Positions 25,682 through 39,700 are shown, numbered from the stretch's first letter. The stretch: DNA of 64,000 bases from Octopus sinensis (GCF_006345805.1 NC_043002.1:7192001-7256000); one strand, 5' to 3'. Notes: generated by a model from the sequence alone, not told the origin. Translations and numbers: made by a program.

Positions 25682-27711
25682 ATATCATTATAAAAGAACC
25701 TAGTTTTAACAATATTACAAGTAATATTTTGTATACGCGAATGCTAAATGAACGCAACAGCTAGTCTAACAGAGTTTAGTGGGTCAGAAAATGCCGCGAC
25801 TAAAAAGAAAAAGGTAACTTTAAGTACTTGTCTAAAAGGTTTCTCCTTTACAATACCTACAAGTTCATTTATCAACAACTATGTGAATCCGTGAATAGAT
25901 TTTGACGACACTAATAATGGACTAAATTGGAAAATATTTCGCAAAGTTAATTTGGCGTGTGAAAGAGGAGGCTTTTGATACTTCATCGGGAGGATTCATC
26001 ATTCGTATGGATATACGATAATGATGTGTTCTAAATCTAATTTTGGAGACTACTCTGTTATCTGCTGGAATAATAAGATTATCAAAGGAAACTCGAAAAA
26101 ATGCATTTAAAAAGACAACAAAAACATACTATCTTGTTAGATTTGAAAATATTGTTTATGTAGCAATCATTGAGGTATCAAAGCACTAAACTTAAAAAAG
26201 GACTATAACCCAAACATGACTAAAAGACAAACTAACACAACGAAGATATTACCTTTCTGACTTTCTACATAATAGTGTAACATTATTTCAAGAAGGAATT
26301 TAGGTGAACAGAGATCTCAGTTTAGATTTCGTATACTACGTCAGTTGCTTCTTTAATATTCTTTAGTCAGAAAGGAAATAATCATAAGTTTACGAACAAT
26401 GTACACTCTTGGGCAAAAACGCAGTCAAGAAACATGTTTAAAATAAATTTGTCCATATCACTTTTGTAATTCATTGTAAAACTTATCTGATAACTAAACT
26501 TAAGTGTAATAGCTTCGTGGTAACGAGATCTTGTTTCCTACTCAAAGGCATATTTGTATTTGGTTAAGAAACAAGCTCTGATACGCAATCCTTGCACGAA
26601 ATGAGGCAGAGCTGATATTTATATTTGTTAAATCTATCTCAAAGACATTTTGGGATGATATTCAAAACATCTTTCTCCGGTTAAGAGAGAAATCTTTTAT
26701 ATTCTAAATTACATAAAATAAAATAAAACACAAAGAATATCTAGTTTAAAATATGACAACCATTTTGAATTTATCTCCTCAACTCAAGTATCATCTAATA
26801 TCAATTTGTATATGATATAATGAATGGTGCACATCAGTTACAAGCTTAACTACTTACTGCTTTATAATATTAATAAATTATGCATTATTCTTTGAATTCA
26901 ATCATTTATTTAATTAGCATAATCATTATAGCTTTCATGGGTCGCTGAATAACTCATTTGAATATTTTTACAAGACAAGAATGGTAGGCTGGATTTTTTT
27001 TCTTTTAAATTTCGAAGTTTGGCAAATTTAATATGTAAATTTCAGAAATTAATGATTGTTTCATTGTTCAGTTTTTACCCAAGAGTCTTTATACTCAAGT
27101 TTAGAATGAATGTATAAGCATGCATTTTTTGATGTAAATACTTTACTCCTTATAAATACATGCTTAAACAGAAAACATAAAATTGGATGAATTTTGCTTT
27201 TTAATTCAACAACATACAACAACAAGTATTTATAAAGTATATTGATACTTTGTTCGAAAGAATTCTTTTTGCGTCATTTTTTGTTGATTTTTTTTTTTTC
27301 GAACGTGAAATAAAATTATTTTTGCTGTAAAAATATTTGTATCAGTAGATTGAGCAATGTTAGTGCTTCAGATAACTACGTTAAGGATTCTACTCATAGC
27401 TAGCACAAATAATTATGATAATATTAATAAAACCATGCTTCTTCAATATTTAAAAAAGAATTATGATGTTATTATTTACACCCCCGTATATTTGTGGTTT
27501 ATTCTTCATGCATTCCCCGCCTCACTTGAAATGATGATTGTGCATTCAAGGTTACAAATATAAATACAAAAATTATACAGCAGAATGATAAAATAATGTG
27601 ACCCATATAATAATGTACTTGTCTCTAAATTATGGTGGTCATGGCAACTGGATCAAAAGAATTTTGATTACTGAAATTAATTGTAAATTGTTTCGGGATT
27701 GGTTGTAAAAT

Positions 27712-27742
<31 letters not shown>

Positions 27743-28693
27743 GACCTTTTCACTCACGCGCGTGCGCACACAAGCACAAACATATAAATGAAATAATTCG
27801 AGTTAATTCTTAGGGAACTATTTATTCCCTAGTATTCGAAAACATCTGTAAAATTCATTCCAAAATAGAATACCACCCAACCATCAATATCAACATTAGT
27901 AATAACTATTGTGATGAGAAAAGAATATTGGTTAAGCTTTCCCTGCAATTCACTATTATAAGCTCTCCTCCAAAATAGGCCAAAGTATTTTTCTTCATAA
28001 AGAGTTGTATAAACAAATTGTCTTTCCTGCACTTTCATAAATGAAACAATTTAAGCCATGTACTCTTCATTCCAAAGCACAGAAACGCACACACACACAC
28101 ACGTAATTAAACTGTTTAATAACTAGCTATATACAAAAAATGCCTTTCTATTTTAAGCGCATGCGCTTAAAACGTAAAACGAGCGATACAAACACATCAT
28201 ATTCAAGGATACTCAACACACCTTCCCCGTTCTTTCTCTTTAAACCTATGTTTATGTTCATCATGACATATAAGAAATTGGGATAGAAAAGTAGAAAGAT
28301 GCCGCATTGCTCCAAAATGAAAGAAAGGCAGAAAAAGAACCAAATTTTAAATAAACGACGAGAAAAGTGAGAAGGAAATGAAAAAAAATAATTTTTAAGT
28401 CTTGAAGATATAAGGACTCCCAGAGGAGACTCTGGTGCCATGTATTATGGTACATCCAAAAACCACAAAGGGGATGGATAAAGAGGAACCTATTTCTTTT
28501 CTGAGTATTTTTTATTTGTTGTTAGGTGTTTCTCTTTAATTTTCTTTTTTGGAGAGGGAGCGGTGAGGGAATTTTTTTCTCTTTTTACTTCAATGTCCCT
28601 GATCTGCAAGTTGATGGATCTGGCACTGCTGTAGAAGTTACGCTTCACTGCACCCCGAATCAATAGTCGTCTTTTTGATGTAGAGATGACTTA

Positions 28694-28777
28694 CATCTTA
28701 CTACAAGCGTGTAATGTAGAGTGTGTGCGCGTATACACACACGCATACACACTACATTATACGCTTGTAGTAAGATG
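28694..28777. repeat. Inverted repeat with ~30-bp arms around a (GT)/(CA) core
   Basis: catcttactacaagcgtgtaatgtag ... ctacattatacgcttgtagtaagatg, with one mismatch. Confidence 0.92.
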
Positions 28778-28786
28778 CATGTATAT

Positions 28787-28817
<31 letters not shown>

Positions 28818-28849
28818 GTGTGTGTTTACACACACACATACACACACAG

Positions 28850-28894
<45 letters not shown>

Positions 28895-29639
28895 GTATGT
28901 ATACTTATATAGCATATACAATGTAATATATATCATATACATATATCTTCCTATATATATCAAATGACTGCTTCGCCAGTATTTATTTACCTCGTCTAAC
29001 TACACATCGACTGTCCGTCCACCCCTCCGCCCAGTCAACACATCTAACCGCCAACAGACAGACCATACAGAATAAAAGGAAGGGCACTTGCTATCTCTGT
29101 ATGTAAGGATTCCTAGCTAACAGAAAAGATTTTCAACTTCAGGAAGATCTGTTAAAATCATCAAGAATGAAATAATGAACAACAACTGACTTGGCCGAGC
29201 GACCGACCGACCACCCGACCAAGTGGACTTGTCAGTATATTATTCTCACTTCCGCCAAACAGGAGAAGATTATTTGCTACTTGTTCTGACACCAAAATAT
29301 CTTTGGATGCCAAGAAAATAAAAGAGGAATTTGATTCTAGTGACAGACAGCTAGATAATTGTTTGGTGTTGTTATTTAGCCCCAGATCAGCTTTGATAAA
29401 AGGCATTCCAGCCATGACTATCTTGCTTTTTTATAGTTCCCACATAGTGAGACCAGGGCACATTATCCGAATCATATTTATTACTTTCAGATTGTACAAC
29501 AAAACAGAAATCGTAATAAATGAGTGTTTCTAACCTAGGCACAAGGCCAGCAAGTTTTTAGGGAGAAGTTAACCGATTAAATCAACCCCGGTACTTCACC
29601 GTGTCTTTCTTTTGTTATAGGATTATCTTCTAGGTACCG

Positions 29640-30700
29640 TCAATGAAGAATCATTTCGATAGTATAAATGTGTCTTGGCTAGGCATTCCTCGGATATTGA
29701 ACAGTTCAGCTCTCTATCTTAAAAGAGGCTCGTTGCAGTTACCACAGGCGTCAATAGTCGAAAGGACAGATGCCGAGATGGGAGGAACATGTTGCTGAGA
29801 GAAAAATAAGTTGGAATGAGATATGGTGGTGGACTACATCTGGGCTAAGTTTTCTGATTCGTTCATCCTATGTCTTGCCTACAAATCTGGAACGTCTCAG
29901 AGAATGATATAGGCAAATGCGGAAAGGCTGGAACACTGTAACATATTCTATTCCAACTATTCATTAGCATTGAATAGATATACATGGAGACACAAGCTGG
30001 TCCTTAAGGTTATCTTCAATGCTATAAAGAACCAAATTGCTCCCATCAACAGAGGAAAAACCGATGAAAAAAACAATCAGAGATGTCATTATCTTCGTAC
30101 GCTCAGGACAGCGGATCCGTTATAAGAAACTTGCTGTGAGAGATGAAACGTGGATCCACTATTGGCAGGTGGATGCAGATTTACCAGAGTGACAGGGATT
30201 CTTTTCCTTCCCAGTTGAGAAAAAACTGGATATTATGATGTGGTGTGAAAGAAAGGGAGTAGTGAAACTAGTCGAGTTAACGATTTCTCATGAAGACAAC
30301 ATGGACGCCGTTCGGGCTCGAAAGATTGACCGCTATGTAAACCCCCTCGAGGAATGTGAAGAAGCAGGCTGGAAAGCGAAGTATTTTCCAAGTCGTATGA
30401 AGAGGATTTGTTGGACTCATTGTAAAGTGAATGACACCATGAACGTTATCTAAACCACAGTGAAAAAAGGCTAACCACTAGATTTGGTTACACAGGGACG
30501 ATGAGCGATGGCTAGAATATTGAGCTTTATTTGATAACTAGGTGATCTAGCAAGCGGGTTCGCATATCAGTGAGTGGGGCCGGTGCGCAATGACGCCGTC
30601 GAGAGGTAGGCTCCGAAACGCATTTTCTCCTGATGGCCCCATACACTTGTCTTTCGGTATGTGGAGCTTTCGACTGGTAGCACTTACATGTGCCAGTTGT
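29640..30700 (+). mobile_element. Decayed RLE-type non-LTR retrotransposon (HERO/R2-group-like) C-terminal fragment
   Basis: Translated pieces: WLGIPRILNSSALY..LQLP, ERKISWNEIW..FLIRS, KCGKAGTL*HIL...RYTWRH..VL, and LDIMMWCERKGVVKLVELTISHEDNMDAVRARKIDRY...GWK (ORF 30235..30453). This is a degenerate zinc knuckle plus PD-(D/E)xK endonuclease pattern. Boundaries are approximate. Confidence 0.75.
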
Positions 30701-32947
30701 TTGCAAAACATCAGTTGGCTAATGAAAGCAACAAAACCATGACTTACTGTTGATCAGAAGTAAAGAGCAGGTTATCTTCAGAAATACTCGTCTTCAAAAA
30801 TATATTTTGTTTATAAAATCTACTTTGAAATGACCTATCTTTCCGAAGAAACTTCCTCAAGGCCGCTCAACCTTCTAAATGGTATTCAAATGTCTTTCAT
30901 ATTTTACTGTACCATCTAAACGACAGAATACATTGGCGTTACACAGTATATTAGATTGTCTTGTATCATAGATCTGGGACTTAACAAGAGCAAATCATTT
31001 CAACTGCTAGAAAGATTTTGTGTGGGTTGCCAAATTACTGGTAAGCATAAAGAATTTTTGTCTTCCGAAATCGCCCAGGGGAATATTTATTCACTGTGCT
31101 CTCATTCTTCAGTAAAAGGTAAAATTATTACTAAATTTGTAACATATCAAAAGATCGCAAATAGTTCTTCCTGCCACTTACTTTGGCACCGAAACTCAGC
31201 AGGAGAAATGAGATCAAGAGATAATATTCTTATACATATTCGGGCTGTTAAAGAAGTCACATATTTACAAATTCAAGAAATGTTTATTAGAAATGTACAG
31301 AAACTATAACACTGAAAGGTGGCGAAATGTAGTGTTAAGGTCCCACATCTGAATATTCGCAACTCGATACAGTATCATTTGCGAACTTTACAAAACAATT
31401 ATACGATTTCTACAAAGACACATCAAGGTCACGAGTGTAATTTTGAAAGATAATTTCTGATATTGCCAAGACTTACTACTCCCTTTATCTTGCTCTTATT
31501 TGACAAGGGGACCCTTTAGATTAGGAAATAAACTTAAACACACATTATTGCCATCCTTATCATGTGAAAATGATCTACACCGCTTTTGTCAGAATTTATT
31601 TAATAGTAACTCGTTTTTACAGTTCTATTTTCTAAGTTGTCTGCAAAAGCTATGTGATTACCAAGCTTAAGAGACTTTACATTCACTATTACTTGCAAAC
31701 AAAACGATGAAAATTCGAGCCAAGATCCACATCTTCGTTGTAAAATCACTCTCATTTTCAGGGATTTACCAGATTGGAACCAAAAGAGAAAAATGTTAGT
31801 TTACTATAACAATAGATATGTAACTCCTCTAAAATTTATGTAACCCTAATAAAGATTGTAAGTTTGATTCAAAGGATACAGATATGTACCACCGAAGAAT
31901 ATACGTATAGTAGAAATAGAAACAGTTATATAAAATAGTCTGATCGATTTAGACTTTTAATCTCCCATCCTACACGGAATCATAACTATCGATTTCTTAT
32001 AATAGATACAAGTTGCGTTTTCAAAAGGGAGTGGTTTTATAACCATTAAGAAATCACATCCAATTCCCTCATACAATTTCCTTTATGGCACTCACCATTA
32101 ACAATAATCATTATTGATGAATAGATATCTGTTAATTATTGTTGTAATTATTAAATAAGGAAGGACAGAGACGAGCAGAGGATGTTTCGATTATTCATTT
32201 TATTGAACTCAGCAGGATTTAATTCGAAGTTGGTCCCGGCGGAATTTGAACGCAAAAAGTTTTTATAACAAACTTGACAAGTGCTGAAATATTCGGCTAT
32301 CTACACCACCTTGTGTTTTAATTATAAACATCTTTTATCATTTATTTTTGTGCCATAAAGTTTGCATCAAATGAATTTCATCTTTTTATGAGTCTGATTT
32401 TTCAAAAGATTATATTCCCGTATGTTTTAATTGCTTAAAATAAAAAAGCAAAATTTAATGTACTTGTTGTGTCTCCCACCACAACACCCTCCTCTCTCCT
32501 ATTCTCAATCTAACTGTTTAACCCATCACCATATGTCTGGCAATTTTTAAAAACTATTTTCTTTATCTTTTATTTTTTGCGTCAAACATTTAGTGTTAAC
32601 GCTATCATCTCACTAATTTTTGTTGCTGCTTCTTTATTCCTTTTAATCTGCCACGAAACTCATTACTAATTCAGTTTCAACACATTTTCAAGAAATCAAA
32701 ATGAAAACAGTTAAATTCCAGGGGCCCCCTTAATTATTTTGAGGAACGGGTTAATGCAGGGTACATTTATGTAGCTTGAGGGTGGTGCTATGTAAGCTAT
32801 GATTCTTGCCTTTTTTTTTTTTTGTAAATAGATTAAAATAGAAGATAACTAATTAGTACTAATAAAATAATTTGGAAAGAATTAAACAAATGCATTACTT
32901 GTTAGTTCATTAAACCTTTCCATTCTAAATATATCAGCAGCAGCAGT

Positions 32948-33315
32948 TGAGGCGCAATGGCCCAGTGGTTAGGGCAGCGGACTCGCGGTTGGAGGATCGC
33001 AGTTTCGATTCCCAGACCGGACCTTGTGTGTGTTTATTGAGCGAAAACACCTAAAGCTCCACGATGCTCCCGCAGTCGGTGGTGGCGACCCCTGTTGTAC
33101 TCTTTCGCTCCAACTTTCTCTCACTCTTTCTTCCTCTTTCTTGTCCCCGACTTCCTACGCAACCGCTGAGCCTGGATGCGCATTCATCCATCCGTCGATG
33201 CTCTCGGTGTCGGGGGTTGACTTGCTTTCTCTTCTGCGGGTCTTACGAATAGCAAAGGACCACGTTTCGGACTGCTCCCATCTTGCGAGCTCTGGGACGA
33301 AGACCGTTCGCTCAA
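32948..33315 (+). mobile_element. Full-length, GC-rich tRNA-derived SINE flanked by (CAG)4
   Basis: A box tggcccagtgg (32958-32968) and B box agtttcgattcc (33001-33012). cagcagcagcag occurs at 32935-32946 and 33316-33327. Confidence 0.8.
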
Positions 33316-35451
33316 CAGCAGCAGCAGCATCATTGACATTAAAAAAAAAGTTACTCTCAATACTCAATGACATTAGAGTGGATTTGCTTCCAGTTTGACA
33401 AAAGGTACATCTGGTATTCCCAAAACCAAGTAAACTGAATGCAGTAAGGTATACTGAAGAAAGTGCTATGTTGTCAGCTAAGCGCTATTTCCGACCTTAT
33501 AATCGGTGCACATGAAGTAACTTGCTATCGCTAAGGAATTGAAGCTATGTCGCGAACTACTAACCATCGATAGATTGTTTGTTCTACCTTGCTCACCACT
33601 CCACCAATAATAATGACAACTACTGCAATTTGAAAAAGATGTAGTCAAGAAAATAAATCTAATTACTTCGGAAAATATAGAGTGGTATTATTAGATGAGA
33701 CTTTGCCCGAAACGGTGTCGTATCTCTAGGCGAGAAGTCTACTTGAATGTATTCCATGACTAATATACTCCCACTCTTTGAAAAATAAATAGCATGCATG
33801 TGAAAAAGCACATTAAATAACAAGGACAAGAAGAAGAAAGAGAAGATTATGTTTTCGTGTTAGATTAGTTTGTAATGTGTAGTTACAGGCCTGCTGCGTT
33901 AATTTGATTTAAGAAATCCCTGTAGCTGAAACTTTGTTGTTCGCAAATAAATAGAAAACATTTTTAGCAATGATGTATTATTTGAGAAGAATAGCTCGGA
34001 AAGAAAAGAGGCGAGAATAGGAGAGAGAAAAAGATATAATTTTAAAACGGAGTAAGGAGAAAAAGAAGCAGCTTTAAGACGTTGTAAGCTAATCAGATTG
34101 ACGTTAAAGTTTCACCTGCCAGGGATTCCATTAACCAAAAACAGCTCTGTTTATTTTTTAAAGATAGGTGACATTATTTCATTATCCTCCAATAAGATAT
34201 GTAAAATCTTGCTGTGAAACAATTTGGAACACTCGAAACCATTGTTACTCAATAGATTTTCTGATATGTACAGCTGTATGAGCACGCATAAATATATGTT
34301 CATTTATTGATATTTTTTAATGAGAAATGAAATTTTTTCATATGCACCCATTCTACAATAAAAGCTTCATTCTTCAGTATGTTACCCTACTAGCGTATTC
34401 ATCAATTTCCAACCGTTTTGTTCCCTTCTAAGAGCAGAGAGTATATTGAATGCTTTACTCAAGCCAGGTCTTCACCGTAAGAGATCAAATTTTATTATAG
34501 TCACAGTCATACATTTTAGCTATTTTGTGTAAAAAATTATAGAAATATTCAGTCACTGCTGGGTGATTAGATGTGGTGCAGCCTTAAGTCGAACAACACG
34601 CTGCAACTTGAAAAAATACAGTAACGACGTAAGATTTCAGTGCATTCTTTTTGAATTACATTCGACCAACGATCATTTAAGTTTATTCTTGCTTTATATT
34701 GCTTTATTAAGACGAAACCATTCGCTGTGCTCCAGCGGTTTAGGATCTTAGAAGGTCTTGTTTTCGAAGAAAATGGATTACAAGAATATATTGAAATACC
34801 CTTAATTTATTCAACAGCACTTCTCTGAATGAAGTAATTATAAAAGCAGAGAAAACTATAAATTATGAAACAATTATGGTAGAGAGTAAAGCAAAAACAG
34901 TTAAACTTGGAAGAGAAAATGTTTAAAAATTTATAAAATAGGGAGATGTCGTAATGCATAGGTATAGTTGTCTTTGATAAAGAAGAAGAATAGAAAGAAG
35001 GAAAAAAGTAATTCGTTCAAAGAATATAATAATTGACTTTGGAATATACATAAAAGGACTAAAATAGTTACATACAAGCAAACGGAAAAAAAAAAAACAG
35101 ATTAAGTAATCTGTAGTATCTAGGTACATATTTCCCGAAAGAATATTTTGTGGTCACGGTCACTGCCGCAGCATGGTTTTAACGCTGGGATTTTCGGTAG
35201 GAATTATTGGTAATTAAAGATTTTATATTCAGTAAAGCAAACGAGGAGTGCGTGGGATCAATTCCTACTACTGACACCACCAAACCAATACATAAATGTT
35301 AGGCAGCATGGTTCCCTTCGAAACAGACTATGCGACAAAGATCTACAAGATTTGGGATTGCAAAAAAAAAAAAAAATTTTATTGGAAAGATTAGTTTTCG
35401 TTATTGTAGTCGCTTTCGCGTCCCTATACTAGAAAAGTTTGCTGTACATAC

Positions 35452-35713
35452 CAACAGGAGGGCTGTAATTGGAACCTGTGTGTGCTTCAACACCGCCGCC
35501 GGGTGATGTCAAGGACCCAGGTAATGGTATTTCTTGTTTGATACTTTGATATTCTTTTTGTCCATCGTTTGCTGAGGTATTTGTGACAAAAGTGTTGAAA
35601 GGTGCTGGATAAACCGAATAATTCTGGCCGTTTGAGTTCAATTCTCTTGAGCTTGCGTCAATACGAGAGAGTTTAGTTGGTACTATATGATGTTCTGGAG
35701 AGTATATCATCTG
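35452..35713 (-). CDS. Pax2/5/8: Internal coding exon (262 nt, phase 0 to 1): QMIYSPEHHIVPTKLSRIDASSRELNSNGQNYSVYPAPFNTFVTNTSANDGQKEYQSIKQEIPLPGSLTSPGGGVEAHTGSNYSPPV
   Basis: Lies inside ORF 35429..35743. Acceptor gtttttcag|cag|ATG and donor GTT G|gtatgt. GC-richer than the flanks, with a PST-rich transactivation-type composition including an IKQE motif. The exon call is stronger than the gene name. Confidence 0.82.
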
Positions 35714-36540
35714 CTGAAAAACATTGAAATAATGAAATACCATTAAAAGGGATAAAAATATATGTTAGCTTCAAAATCTATCACATTTCTTTTTGTCCTC
35801 AAACAAGAGAGTTGTAACATCCATATGAAACGGCGTTCAGTTGCTTCATTATTCCTACCATCACATCGTTATTGAGTGCTTACTAAAGGAACATAGGTGA
35901 TATTCATGTTTGCTTTATATCAAAGCACATGATGTTATCGACAGAGCCTTCACATTGTCACTCAACTGCCTAGAAATAGCACACAAAATCTCCCTCACAA
36001 AAACAATCATCAGAAACATTTATTGCACAAAAACACGTTAACGTGAAATTCGCAGTAAAAAAAACAAACAAACAAAACAACTGTCTGCTATTCTTAGAAA
36101 TCCTGTTGTGTTAGAAATTCTGAAACGGTTTCGATTGTTTTAGCATTTCTCTCAGAGCCACCATAACTTTGGGTTTTTAATTTAAAAAATAAGAAACACC
36201 TACGTAATTTAGTCTTCTATTAGGAAAAGCTTACCAGCATACGCCTGTTTCGAATGATTGTATCTAATTTTTGTGTATGGTGTAGCATTTTGCTTCATGG
36301 ACTGACTGGATGATTAGATACATGCACATATGCACACGCTTCAGAATATAACACTACGTGTTAATAACAGTTTTTGAATTGGGGTAAAAATAAAGACCTG
36401 TATGTAAGAGGATAAAACAGAATGTGTGTGTGTTTGCTTTTCTTAAAAGCATTATACACTCTGTACAGAAAGAACGTACCTAGTGCTCAATGATATGTGA
36501 CAGTTAAAATTGAAATATAAAAATACAACAATGATGTAAA

Positions 36541-36784
36541 AAAACCGTAAGGAACATGGAAGCCATTTTTATCTGACGCTCCAACGATGAATATTGCTCT
36601 AACTTAGTAATAGTAATATAGTAATAGTAATAATAGTATTAATAATAGCAATACTCCTTTCTAGAAAGGAGTATTACTATTATTAATACTATTATTACTA
36701 TTACTAAATTACTATTACCAAATTAGAGCAATATTCCTCGTTGGAGCGTCAGATAAAAATGATTTCTATGTTTCTTACGGCTTT
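36541..36784. repeat. Spacer-less inverted repeat, ~122-bp arms, centre CT|AG at 36662/36663
   Basis: Centre reads aatactcctttct|agaaaggagtatt. The arms include catttttatctgacgctccaacga and tcgttggagcgtcagataaaaatg. About 10 mismatches by eye. Confidence 0.95.
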
Positions 36785-39700
36785 TTAAATCATTGTAATT
36801 TTCGAGGGAAAGCAGTTAGTCGGTTACATCGACTCCAGTTCTTTACTACTACAATATATTATCAACCCCGGAAGCACGAAGAGCACCATGGATATCAACA
36901 GATCCATTGCTTGATACCATTCTTCGATAACGGCTTCGATTTCATCGATTAACCTCCTCCCCCTAAAATTGCTAGCCCTGTAGAAACATAACAAGAATCA
37001 CCGTCTTCATCATCGTTATCATGGTAGTACATTGACAGAAACCTTAGAGTGCAGGGCTAAAACACATCATGCTATGTAATTGCATCCTTTTTTATATTCT
37101 GAATTGAAATTCCGCCGACGTCAATTTTGCTTTGAATCCTCGAGTACCAGTCAGACCGTCGGTTAGATTTAATTAATTATACACACACTTAAAAAGTTAG
37201 TGGCCTGGTACCATTGTAAGGAATTATTCTTTAAACTATATCCAAACTTCAAAATGTTTTATAGCTCGTTTCATTCATATCTCTTTGAATGACTGTGTAG
37301 AAATTGACGTTTAATTATTACACAGATATGTAACATCAGGATTTTTGGTTTTATTGAATGATTGTGTTGAGTTTTGTTTGCTTGTTTTTGTCGGTTGTGT
37401 CAAGAAACTAAATTCGATAACCGGTTTGACTTCATTTTGTAACAATCAGACTACGCCTAGTGCGAATATGCACAATGGTTGCAAGCACAAACAAAAGGTT
37501 TACTGAACACGCAACTCAATAAGAGAAGAAAGGGTAAATAGTAAAGTGCAACTGAAATAACAACGTAGGTAGCAAAAGATTTGTTGTATTTGAAGTCAAA
37601 ATGGAGTCCAGCGTATCAAAAAGAATGCGTTCGAAGAACAGAAAGGGAAAAGAGAATGCATATGAGAGTAAATGAGAAAGTGTGGTGCAGTGGTTAGAAT
37701 AGAAGTCATATTGAATAAAGGAGATGAGGGATGAAGGGTGAGTAATGAGTGAGAGAGAGAGAGGGGGGTAGCGGGGAGAGTAGAAGGTATGAGAAAGAGA
37801 GAAAAGGGAAATTATGATGTCAAAAGAACGGTTGCGTTTCTATTGATGGACCAAACATCCGCCGTGCAGAATAGGTTGAAATTAGAGTGGGCTACAACTG
37901 GCAAAGAAAGGAAGAGAGAGACGGAAATGTGGAGAGACTCCGGAAATTCAAAAAAGAGTGGAGGTAGTGGTGGCGTTAGAGACGGAGAGTCGAAAGAAAA
38001 AAGAGAGCAGGAGAGAGAGAGAGAGAGAGAGCAAGGGAAAGACAAGAGAAGAGTTTTAAAAGAGGTGTTGGGAGGACAAAGAAGGTAGAAACGAATGGAG
38101 AGGAAAGTGAAAGTAAGTGAGAGACGAAAGAAGAAGGACAAATAATGTTTAGCTAGAGAGTTAATAGGGAAAATACAGGATAGGGTGAAACATAGGCAAA
38201 TGAATGGCAAATCAGAAAGAGAAGATTAAGATGCAGAGCCAGAAATAGAAAAGAAAAAAGCAGAAGCAGATAGAGTGAAAGTTAGAGAAAGTTAGAGATA
38301 TGAGTGAGAAGGTAAGTTGTGTGTGTGTGTGAGAGAGAGAGAGTGAGTGGAGTAAGAGTGTACGTGTGTTCGTAGTGGAGGTAGAGCGTAGCATTTAATT
38401 GTAAGAAAGATTAGGGAAAAATAGGGAAGAACCGTAAAGAGAGACGTTAGTCTGAGAGACAGAGACTGAATGAGAGAGATGTGTGAGAGATTCAGAAGAA
38501 TTACTCGAATTTTGATTTTGTATACATATACATACATACATACATACATACCCGTATATAAACATAAACACACACGTGTGTATATATATATACAAATACA
38601 TATATATATATATATATATAGACATACATACACACACATATATATATATACACATACATACACACATATATATATGCACACGTGTGTGTGTGTACGAAAG
38701 AGACAGAATGGTGAATGGCAGTGAATGGATCGGCTTGTAACGAAGAGAGAAGCACACATAATCTAAATGTAATGAAAGAGTTAGTTCGATGCTATATCGG
38801 CAGTCAATAGTGAACTAGCAGTAGCAGCAACAACAACACTAACAACAACAACCACAAATAATGGTAATCAATCGAATCTATGTTCAATTCGATCGCCGCT
38901 CTTTGCTCCTTGATTAGAAAGACTCAAAAGCTATGAGAAGGAAAAGAATAACGAAATATATAAATAAATAAATATATAAATGAAATTAAGGGGGGAAAGG
39001 ACAGAAAGAGGAGGAGAAAATGCATTAAAAGGTCTTTGAGTCACATCTAAATGGAATTACCAAATAACGAATAATGAAAATAAAATAAAATAAATAATAC
39101 AAAGTATATAAACGTACAAAAACATAATAAAGAGACGCGAAAATTCATTGGTATTCTTGTTCTTTCTTTTTTCTTCTTTCTTTGGCTGTTATTTTTATTT
39201 ATTTATTTATTGTTTATTTATTTATTTTTGGCTAAATTTGATGAAATCCTAACCAAAAGGATGTATCAATCGGTAATTCTTTGTTAAATCGTTCATAGTT
39301 CCAGAACACAGACCAACTATAAAGACAAACCGAAGTGGAAAGAGCTGTGTGTGTGTGGAGGTGATGGTGGTAATAGTGATGCTGATGGTGGCGGTGGTGG
39401 TGGTGGTGAAGTTGGGGTGGTGGTGCAAGCGAAGAAGTGATAGAGTATAATGGCGGGGGGGGAGTGAGAGATGTTGAGGATTGCAAAGAGGAGGTCAAAA
39501 GAGCGAAACGACTCTTGATGCTTTTACAGTGCAAAAGGTTTTTTTCTTGTTTTTTTTTTGTTTCTTTGTTTGTGTATAGGTTTGTTGTGCGCGGTTTTTC
39601 TTTCTCGAAGAGCGCCATCAATGGAATTACCACATCTAGTACTGAGATGGGCAACCAACAATAATATAGAGAAAGAATGTTTGGGTGGGACGAAATAAAA

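Noticed and set aside
29161-29415. 84-aa minus-strand ORF
   Set aside because: Its 5' end overlaps a decayed repeat motif (gataaaaggcattccagccatgac) and it has no convincing splice sites.
32948-33020. Possible tRNA gene
   Set aside because: A and B boxes are present, but there is no closable acceptor stem or terminator, and it continues into a SINE body.
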